Below, in pieces: positions 42,723 through 49,371 of a DNA stretch of 64,000 bases. The notes under the pieces are model-generated. The model worked only from the letters and a program-made list of their open reading frames with translations, was not told where the DNA came from and made no database searches. This DNA is from a virus: positions 1,821 to 65,820 of the IMG/VR virus record IMGVR_UViG_3300045988_120893; one strand, given 5' to 3'. Each line of letters starts with the position of its first letter. Within the stretch, counting starts at the first letter, position 1. The position numbers and the translations under genes were made by a program.

Positions 42723-42744
42723 AGAAAGGAAATAGGTGGTAGAT

Positions 42745-42897
42745 ATGATTGATTCTAAAAGTCAAGATAATGTTAATGATGTAGAGAATGAGGAATATGA
42801 ATGTGATAACTTCTATATTCCGTCATGTACGAATGGAGATTATTCTCCTTCATGTCCTTGGAACGCACCAGGGATGAGCATTTCAGATTTTATTTAA
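42745..42897 (+). CDS. Small Cys-containing peptide, hypothetical
   Basis: 50 aa, below the track cutoff. AGGTGGT RBS. Own translation MIDSKSQDNVNDVENEEYECDNFYIPSCTNGDYSPSCPWNAPGMSISDFI. Confidence 0.45.
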   Translation: MIDSKSQDNVNDVENEEYECDNFYIPSCTNGDYSPSCPWNAPGMSISDFI

Positions 42898-42906
42898 CAA
42901 ACAGCA

Positions 42907-42936
42907 ACCCGCCCCGGAGGTTACGAGGGCAGAAAG
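42907..42936 (+). promoter_or_regulatory. 30-nt conserved pre-ATG element, copy 2
   Basis: ACCCGCCCCGGAGGTTACGAGGGCAGAAAG, 10 nt before ATG 42947. One mismatch to 9708-9737. Confidence 0.6.
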
Positions 42937-42946
42937 TGATGATATT

Positions 42947-43108
42947 ATGAGAGAATCAGATTATGCCATATGGAAACATGAAACACTGGATCAGATCAAA
43001 AAAGAACATCCGTACTGGACAGAGGAACAGGTACAGGAGTTCTTTGAAAAAATCGAATCAAAGTTACGGAAAAGAGGTTTCTTTGATATCGTGGATGAGT
43101 GGGTGTGA
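42947..43108 (+). CDS. Small hypothetical protein
   Basis: 53 aa, below the track cutoff. MRESDYAIWKHETLDQIKKEHPYWTEEQVQEFFEKIESKLRKRGFFDIVDEWV. Its stop overlaps the next ATG (GTGATGA). Confidence 0.45.
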   Translation: MRESDYAIWKHETLDQIKKEHPYWTEEQVQEFFEKIESKLRKRGFFDIVDEWV

Positions 43109-43401
43109 TGAATATGAGCAAAGTGAATATTGGTGAAGTATTTGTAACGTCCGGAATCAATGAAAAGATGTATAAGTCAGAGACGTTTTCCAGGGATGTT
43201 GTGTTGAGCCTTCACAAGTTCGAAAGTGCAGACTGGGGAGATACATCAGAGGATGACGCACTTTTGAATGACAGAAACGTTCAGGATGGCACTGGTGACA
43301 TTATGGGAGCATATGAAACATCAGAGGGAAGAATCTGGATCAAGACAGACCATATGCCGGACAGAACAATCACAACAGTTCTGTTCCCGGATGAATACTA
43401 A
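43108..43401 (+). CDS. Conserved mobile-element protein, '..DWGD..IWI.T...TTVLFPDEY' family
   Basis: Track ORF 43099-43401. ATG 43108 is coupled to the upstream stop. ESADWGDTSEDDALLND..GAYETSEGRIWIKTDHMPDRTITTVLFPDEY. Paralogue at 8974-9231. Confidence 0.6.
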   Translation: MNMSKVNIGEVFVTSGINEKMYKSETFSRDVVLSLHKFESADWGDTSEDDALLNDRNVQDGTGDIMGAYETSEGRIWIKTDHMPDRTITTVLFPDEY

Positions 43402-43414
43402 GGAGTGATACAGA

Positions 43415-43663
43415 ATGAAAATTGAAGTGTTCTATACTGGTGGCGGAATCTGGTTAGCAGAAACCGTCATCAATGACAAAGGCGATTATGCCGTTGTAAA
43501 TAACGAATGTCCTGAGATTCTTAGTATTTACCACAAGGCAGAAGAGAAGTATATGGAAGATGATATGTACTTAAGCAAGCCGTGGGATGAATTGAGTGAT
43601 GAAATGGCATTGACACACGCAATGATGTTCCAGGCATTGAGGAAGAAAGGTGCGTTAAGATAG
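43415..43663 (+). CDS. Hypothetical protein
   Basis: 82-aa ORF with AGGAGTG RBS. Last gene of the plus-strand cassette. Confidence 0.5.
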   Translation: MKIEVFYTGGGIWLAETVINDKGDYAVVNNECPEILSIYHKAEEKYMEDDMYLSKPWDELSDEMALTHAMMFQALRKKGALR

Positions 43664-43689
43664 GGGCGGATAACCGCTCCTGTTTTTTT
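43663..43689 (+). terminator. Intrinsic terminator of the plus-strand cassette
   Basis: GGGGCGG-ATAA-CCGCTCC (7 bp, one G.U) followed by TGTTTTTTT. Confidence 0.7.
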
Positions 43690-43693
43690 ATGC

Positions 43694-43730
43694 AAAAAGT
43701 CCCACAGCAGAATGAACCGCCGTGGGACTT
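43694..43730 (-). terminator. Intrinsic terminator after the minor head gene
   Basis: Minus strand AAGTCCCAC-16 nt-GTGGGACTTTTT. Confidence 0.55.
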
Positions 43731-43817
43731 GTCAGAAAGGAAAAAAGTAGGATGATAAATGAAAAAAACATTCATTTCACTTGTACTTTAACATATTCTG
43801 GTAAATTATTCAATACT

Positions 43818-44771
43818 TTAATCTCTTATGACCGGCGGTGTAATCTCCTCATAGATGATACTGCATCTGCAATGTGGGTGTGCCGGTGGTGTCCTCTTGA
43901 TTCCTATGTCTGTAAGTTTCGTCTTGAAGTCAAAGTCATCCATCAATCCATATCCTTCCCCATTTTCATATGCTTCCCTTGACTGCCTTTCAAGCTCATT
44001 ACAGGTATCACAGTCCCTTTTATCATCTGCCGTACACCAGATCTTCACGACTTCCCCCATAAGCCCCTGTGCCTGTGCCTGTTCGATTCCGAACAACGAA
44101 CCTTGGTTATAAGCAAATGCAAGCTCTGTCCGTGCTATCATGTAACCTCTGTACCGGCTCTGCCTTGCTGAATACCGTATAGACTTATCCAGTGCCTTCT
44201 TGTGGCTCAGACCGCTTTCTATCATCTTCTCATAATATCTCATATTCGCCATGGACTGCTGCCAGTTCAGACCTACCATTGGACGTATTGCCCTGCTTAG
44301 GTTGTCCACGTTCATTCCGGTCTGTGATGCCATCTTAATCACTTCACGCAATCCACGCACCTGTTCCCTGGTTACGTTCGTCACAAACTCCGCCGCCCTG
44401 TTTTCGTTCCATGAGATCACACCCGCCTGCATTGGGTCAAAGACAAATGGCGGCTTTTTAAATTCAAGAAGTTCATTCGCCGTTACCATTGCTTTACTCC
44501 ATAGAGGGGCAAGATGCATCTGCACAAATCGGTTATAGTCCTGCATCCAGTCATTATACACACTGATGTCAAGGTCGCCATTAAGAATTGCTTCCCTTAG
44601 TTCCTTGTATGTGATAGCTTTCCCCTGTGCGTTCCAGGTGTTCTGCAGAAGGTAAACAAGTTCCGGTTCGTTCGCATCCAGGAACGATTTCAGCTTGTCC
44701 AATACCTCAGATGCACCCGGTGTATATGCCTTATATATCGAGCGTAAGAACGCCTTAGAGTATTTTCCCAT
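43818..44771 (-). CDS. Minor head protein, Mu F / SPP1 gp7 family
   Basis: 317 aa. C-terminal signature CDTCNELE...TPPAHPHCRCSIIYE. Confidence 0.8.
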   Translation of the reverse strand: MGKYSKAFLRSIYKAYTPGASEVLDKLKSFLDANEPELVYLLQNTWNAQGKAITYKELREAILNGDLDISVYNDWMQDYNRFVQMHLAPLWSKAMVTANELLEFKKPPFVFDPMQAGVISWNENRAAEFVTNVTREQVRGLREVIKMASQTGMNVDNLSRAIRPMVGLNWQQSMANMRYYEKMIESGLSHKKALDKSIRYSARQSRYRGYMIARTELAFAYNQGSLFGIEQAQAQGLMGEVVKIWCTADDKRDCDTCNELERQSREAYENGEGYGLMDDFDFKTKLTDIGIKRTPPAHPHCRCSIIYEEITPPVIRD

Positions 44772-44789
44772 ACCATCATCCTTTCTTCG

Positions 44790-45587
44790 TTATATGTCCG
44801 TTAGCTGTTGCTCCATGTGTGTCATGTCTTCATCTGACATTTCCCTATGCTCAAAGTTGTTGAATCTGTTCGATCTTTTATTGTTCGTGTTGTTGCCATG
44901 ATTATTGTTAGAAATAGCACCAAAAACCCATTTTTTCATACACAAATAATGCGATTTTGCTTTATAACCTTTCATTTCTATGTATTCATCAAGAAAAACA
45001 ATCGCTTTTTTCATTTTTTCTTCTCCATATTCCATACACAGTTTTCCGTATTCATCATCTGTAAGGAGTACATGTTTATATTCACCATATTTATGTTTAG
45101 GTGGCTTTTTAGCCTTTGTTTTTTGCTCCTGATTTTCTGAATGCGGTATATATGTATTTAGAATATCAGTAGTAATATCATCTAGTATATTATGGGAACT
45201 TTGTTCCCTACCCCGGTGAACTTTGTTCCCTACCCCCGGTGAACTTTGTTCCCTACCCCGGTGAACTTTGTTCCCTACCAGTGAACTTTGTTCCCCACAT
45301 GGGTTCAATGCCAGGTATTCACAATATCTTATGTTGTTTACTGTCTTTTCTCTTTTTGCAAGAAGTCCCCTGTCCGTAAGGGAATTAAGGCATTTTTGCA
45401 CACTTCTTGTTGTGGAGTTCGTCCAATTAGCAAGATATTGTCTGCTTCCTGTGAACCATTGATTTTCTGTCTGGGAGAAACCGTAAATAATAGCATATAT
45501 AAGAAGTTCATTTCCTTTTAGGCACAAATCAGAAACCATGAACCCCTGAATCACTATGTAATTGTCACTTTTTATATTATTCTGCAT
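44790..45587 (-). CDS. Replisome-organizer-like protein (N-terminal wHTH, DnaD-like C-terminus) containing iterons
   Basis: Track ORF 44790-45599. ATG 45585-45587 after AGGTGGGTG. LKGNELLIYAIIYGFSQTENQWFTGSRQYLANWTNSTTRSVQKCLNSLTDRGLL and YGEYKHVLLTDDEYGKL..FLDEYIEMKGYKAKSHYLCMKKWV. Confidence 0.65.
   Translation of the reverse strand: MQNNIKSDNYIVIQGFMVSDLCLKGNELLIYAIIYGFSQTENQWFTGSRQYLANWTNSTTRSVQKCLNSLTDRGLLAKREKTVNNIRYCEYLALNPCGEQSSLVGNKVHRGREQSSPGVGNKVHRGREQSSHNILDDITTDILNTYIPHSENQEQKTKAKKPPKHKYGEYKHVLLTDDEYGKLCMEYGEEKMKKAIVFLDEYIEMKGYKAKSHYLCMKKWVFGAISNNNHGNNTNNKRSNRFNNFEHREMSDEDMTHMEQQLTDI
45196..45297. repeat. Five tandem ~22-bp iterons (candidate origin)
   Basis: GAACTTTGTTCCCTACCCCGGT at 45196, 45218, 45241, 45263 (shortened) and 45283 (partial). 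Lies inside the organizer gene, where it encodes GNKVHRGREQSS repeats. Confidence 0.8.
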
Positions 45588-45608
45588 GGCATCACCCACC
45601 TAACACCA

Positions 45609-45902
45609 TCATATTTTCGTCAGCATAATAGACAATATTTTACTAGCCATTTCCCCTAATTCCGGGAAATACCCAACAATATCAATGGCATATGCCGGTG
45701 GATATCCTAATTCATTTTCATAGATTTTCTTTGCAGCTTCAAGATTGTACTTCTCCCCGATCTTTGACAAGATCAAGTGATACAGGTATCTGTGTTCAAT
45801 TTCAAATTTTGCACATACTGCATTTATCGTATCTTTGTTTTCGGAATACCATTTTGTCCTTAAAGTAACTTTTGTTTTACTCTGGATATATTCTTTCTCC
45901 AT
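45609..45902 (-). CDS. Hypothetical protein
   Basis: 97-aa ORF upstream of the organizer-like gene. Confidence 0.5.
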   Translation of the reverse strand: MEKEYIQSKTKVTLRTKWYSENKDTINAVCAKFEIEHRYLYHLILSKIGEKYNLEAAKKIYENELGYPPAYAIDIVGYFPELGEMASKILSIMLTKI

Positions 45903-45926
45903 GTTTCTACCTCATAGTCTTTCCAT

Positions 45927-46069
45927 AAAAAACAAATCCCCCTTCTAACAGTGTTGACGGCACCGTAAAAAGAGGGATTTATTTGTGGCAAGTATTTAGT
46001 TTTCTTGTAACAAGCACCGTCAATACTTGCCACTGGTACTATATTACCATATTTTCAGAATATTTACAA
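45927..46069 (-). promoter_or_regulatory. Promoter plus structured leader ending in a terminator-like hairpin (attenuator or small RNA)
   Basis: Minus strand: TTGTAA (46069-46064), 17 nt, TGgTAATAT (46049-46041). Then a 12-bp perfect hairpin GTGGCAAGTATT..AATACTTGCCAC (46033-45985). Then AAATCCCTCTT..AGAAGGGGGATTTGTTTTTT (45980-45927). Confidence 0.5.
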
Positions 46070-46136
46070 TACAATGTTCATAATGTGAATAACTTTGTTG
46101 ATAACTTATGTATTGTACTATCCAACAACTACCCAG

Positions 46137-46640
46137 TCATCCGACAACATAGTAATCATCTGCGAGCATATCTTCTTGTGACGCGAGCCATCCTATCACA
46201 AGTGAACCGTCTGCTGCTTTCATGTCGATATGAGGGCATACATGCACCGAACCATAGGGATCTACATATGGGCCTGTCAGCTTTTCCTGAACGTCCTTTT
46301 TCAGCTGGTGGAAGTACGGATAGGAACCATCCTGCATATAGATGAACATTCCTTTTCCGTTCCATCCTTTCCTTGCGACCTTGAATCCCATCTTCATCAT
46401 TTCCAGAGCACCGCCAAAGGTCATTCCACCATTACATGAGCGGTATGCCCTTTCAAATACATCCTTCGGCGACCATGACACGTAATCATCTGAATCTACA
46501 TAGACAACCATATAACCTTCATCCTCCGGATTCTCATTCTCCGGCATCTTCCACCCACGGAACGCATTGTAATCACCCCTTGTCATTGGCTTTGCCTTAA
46601 TCAGTTTTGTCCCTATGTATTTCGCAAATTCTATTTCCAT
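46137..46640 (-). CDS. DUF2829-domain protein (Tad2-like) with extra N-terminal domain
   Basis: Track ORF 46137-46673. ATG 46638-46640 after GAAAGGAG. MTFGGALEMMKMGFKVARKGWNGKGMFIYMQ...PHIDMKAADGSLVIGWLASQEDMLADDYYVV matches the DUF2829 pattern. Confidence 0.65.
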   Translation of the reverse strand: MEIEFAKYIGTKLIKAKPMTRGDYNAFRGWKMPENENPEDEGYMVVYVDSDDYVSWSPKDVFERAYRSCNGGMTFGGALEMMKMGFKVARKGWNGKGMFIYMQDGSYPYFHQLKKDVQEKLTGPYVDPYGSVHVCPHIDMKAADGSLVIGWLASQEDMLADDYYVVG

Positions 46641-46642
46641 GG

Positions 46643-46909
46643 CTATTCTCCTTTCGCAACAAAATTCTGCCACTTCTTGTAGGCATCAAAATATGTTTCG
46701 TTCCTGTCTCCGTTATGAGTGATCTCATAGTACATGCCATCTGGTACATTCGTGCTTGCAAGTGCCTTGTGGTTATGTAATGTCTTGCAGTACCAGACGA
46801 TATACACATCATCCGGTGTGATTTCTGCCTTGTCCGTCTTTTCGCAATGGTTATTGAAATAATTTGCCACTTCATTTTTGCATAAGAACATAAATTCTTC
46901 ACTTGTCAT
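46643..46909 (-). CDS. Hypothetical protein
   Basis: 88-aa ORF downstream of the portal gene. Confidence 0.5.
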   Translation of the reverse strand: MTSEEFMFLCKNEVANYFNNHCEKTDKAEITPDDVYIVWYCKTLHNHKALASTNVPDGMYYEITHNGDRNETYFDAYKKWQNFVAKGE

Positions 46910-47023
46910 TGTATCGCTCCTTTCAAAATACTCCTGTAGCTTTCATATTCGCCCATATTTCAATTTTTATTGTTCATGTATATATTTCTTAGGCAAATGA
47001 CAAAAAACGTCTTAAATCAAAAA

Positions 47024-48451
47024 TCAGAGCCTGCCTAAACTCTTCTTTGCTTCCTCAGCTTCCTTTTCGTCTGCCAGTTCGTCAGGGTCTTTCTCTTTAT
47101 TCTCTTCCTTCGTCTGCTCCCTTTTATGCTCTTCTGACGGCTGTACCTTCACGCCATCAGACTGTCCCTGTGTTTCCCCTTTCCGTTCTTCTGTCGGTAC
47201 ACTGGTTTTCCGCTCCGGAAGGTTCCCAATCTGGCGAACATAGTCTTCCATTTCATCATCCGGTGTAAGCAGACCGCTCCCTGCCATCTGCTGTAAGAAG
47301 GCTCCAATCTTTTCTAAGTTCGCATCCTCAATATCCCCATGACGCATCTCCGGGTAGTCCGTTATGCCTTTGAAATGGTCTCCGTTAATGTCAATCAGCC
47401 TTGGGATTGCCTGATTGTTAAATACTTCACATATGACATCAAGATAGGTTCCTACTGCGAGTGCGAACATCTTCGTCTTGTTATCCACCAGGGCAAAGGA
47501 ACCGACATTCTCATGCCCGATCTGCAAGAAGTCAGCAAGAACGCTCATGGCGATCTTCGTGTCATATCGGTTGATGATGGCATTTGTGTCAAACTGTCTC
47601 CTGCTTCCGCTGGATAATAGCTGCAGTTCCCATCCATCAGGAAGAACTAACCCCTCTCTGCTGTCCCTTCTTACACCGGTAATGATGGCTTCTGCATTCG
47701 CAAGGGCCTGTTTCATATCGTCATCATCTTTGTCCCATATGTCCATGCCTTCCGGCGCTTTCAGTACCGGGAAACCTGCAAGGTCTCTTTCGATCCCGAT
47801 ACCCTCGATTTCCTGTATTCTCTTCTTGAAATACCAGTCCTTGTATGCGGTTCTTAGGATGGACCTTCCTTCCGGATTGTTCTTTCTGCTCCTGGTAACG
47901 AAATGTAGTGCCTTGTCTTTAGGTATGAATAACATTCCATAATCCGGCGGCGGCATCTGCACCATCCCTTCCAGGTCATCCGTACCCTCTTTGTACCTCC
48001 ATTCATACAATGTTTCCTGTGAACGTATAGGAAGACGTTTCCACCCGATAAGACCATCATCATATTTTGATGACAGGTCTTCGTCTTTTGTCTTTCCCAT
48101 TCTCCGTTTGTATACAATCTCATGGTAGCTCCATCCGTAAGTGATGAATGAAAGGATCTCTGACAGTGTGTCTGTCCATGTGCTTGTCATGTCATACATG
48201 CACTGTTCCACGAACTCAGCGGCTTCCTTGTCCTTCGCACTGTTCCCTGCCGGGTCAATGGTAAACTCACACTGCCGCATGAGATTTTCAACAGCAAAAA
48301 GAATCCCTCCGATGGTGGAATCGTTGTCTGCCATTTCCTTGTAGACTTCCACACCACGTATTCCCCTAAGCTCCGGAAGAAATTCTTCGTACATGATACC
48401 GTTAAGGCTTCGTCGGGAACCGATTCTACCTATTTCTCCTTTTTTTATCAC
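47024..48451 (-). CDS. Portal protein (Mu gp29 / DUF935-like)
   Basis: 475 aa, between terminase region and minor head gene. EVYKEMADNDSTIGGILFAVENLM.. and an acidic C-terminus. Confidence 0.75.
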   Translation of the reverse strand: MIKKGEIGRIGSRRSLNGIMYEEFLPELRGIRGVEVYKEMADNDSTIGGILFAVENLMRQCEFTIDPAGNSAKDKEAAEFVEQCMYDMTSTWTDTLSEILSFITYGWSYHEIVYKRRMGKTKDEDLSSKYDDGLIGWKRLPIRSQETLYEWRYKEGTDDLEGMVQMPPPDYGMLFIPKDKALHFVTRSRKNNPEGRSILRTAYKDWYFKKRIQEIEGIGIERDLAGFPVLKAPEGMDIWDKDDDDMKQALANAEAIITGVRRDSREGLVLPDGWELQLLSSGSRRQFDTNAIINRYDTKIAMSVLADFLQIGHENVGSFALVDNKTKMFALAVGTYLDVICEVFNNQAIPRLIDINGDHFKGITDYPEMRHGDIEDANLEKIGAFLQQMAGSGLLTPDDEMEDYVRQIGNLPERKTSVPTEERKGETQGQSDGVKVQPSEEHKREQTKEENKEKDPDELADEKEAEEAKKSLGRL

Positions 48452-48456
48452 TGGTT

Positions 48457-49326
48457 TTACAACTCCTTTCTTAAACGTGAAGAAATATAATCTTCAATAT
48501 CGCCTTGTTTTGTATGTCTACTGATTGTACTTCTTCCAACTCCTATCATTTTTGCCCAATCAGTAGCATTTTTAGTTACTCCATTTACAGTAATATGCAT
48601 TGTGGTTCTTCTATTATTCGCTTGTTCCTTTGATGTGGTCCATCTGCAATTACTAGGTTCGTAATTACCATCATTATTTATGCGGTCAATCGTTAGATCA
48701 TCAGCATATCCATGAGCCATTGCCCAGTCATAGAATGCTTGAAAGTCATGTATCCATTCATCACAGACAGTTATTCCACGTCCACCATAATTAGCGTAGT
48801 GTTCATCTTTTGTGTTATAGCATCTTTTTTTCATGGTTGCCCAAATGTTATAAAGTCTAGTTTTATGCAATCCATGTTTATAACTAGCACTATCTTTTCC
48901 ATATGGATAATTTATTTTCTCACGATTTGATATTGTTCCTTGTAAACAACCACAACTTTTAGTTCTACCTTTCGTTATTACCGAACTTCTTAAGCTAGTT
49001 GTTTTACCGCAATCACAAATACATTCCCAAATTGTTTCCCCTTTTTTACTTTTCCCACATGGCTTTATAACAGTCAGCATATTAAATTTTTTACCAGATA
49101 TATCTTTTGTTCTATTTTTGCCATGTGATTTTTCTATTCTTGTACACCCACAACTTTTAGTAAGATTTCTCTTTAAACTATTCGCAAATACTTCTGTATA
49201 ATTGCCACAATCACACTTACAAAGCCATTTTGCGTGTCCATTTTTTGAAGATTCGCATTCAGACACAACAACAAGCCTACCATACCTTTTACCTATCAAA
49301 TTTTCTTTCTTCATAATATAACCCAT
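48457..49326 (-). CDS. HNH/AP2-like endonuclease-type DNA-binding protein with duplicated Cys modules
   Basis: 289 aa. Two LxGKxFGxLxV..W.C.CDCG...SCGC units, YNIWATMKKRCYN..YGGRGITVCDEW, IDRINNDGNYEPSNCRWTTSKEQANNRR, C-terminal HTH. AT-rich. Confidence 0.65.
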   Translation of the reverse strand: MGYIMKKENLIGKRYGRLVVVSECESSKNGHAKWLCKCDCGNYTEVFANSLKRNLTKSCGCTRIEKSHGKNRTKDISGKKFNMLTVIKPCGKSKKGETIWECICDCGKTTSLRSSVITKGRTKSCGCLQGTISNREKINYPYGKDSASYKHGLHKTRLYNIWATMKKRCYNTKDEHYANYGGRGITVCDEWIHDFQAFYDWAMAHGYADDLTIDRINNDGNYEPSNCRWTTSKEQANNRRTTMHITVNGVTKNATDWAKMIGVGRSTISRHTKQGDIEDYISSRLRKEL

Positions 49327-49371
49327 TCCTTTCTAAATGGATTATATTACAATAATTTCCATTTCTCAAGT

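Noticed and set aside
42745-42897. 50-aa Cys-containing peptide as a RiPP precursor
   Set aside because: No radical-SAM, lanthipeptide or other maturase gene is nearby, and it does not match the SCIFF pattern. I kept it only as a hypothetical small protein.
45196-45297. Tandem 22-bp repeats, or the 63880-64000 hexamer repeats, as a CRISPR array
   Set aside because: There are no unique spacers between the repeats. Both arrays are in-frame coding repeats and no cas genes are present.
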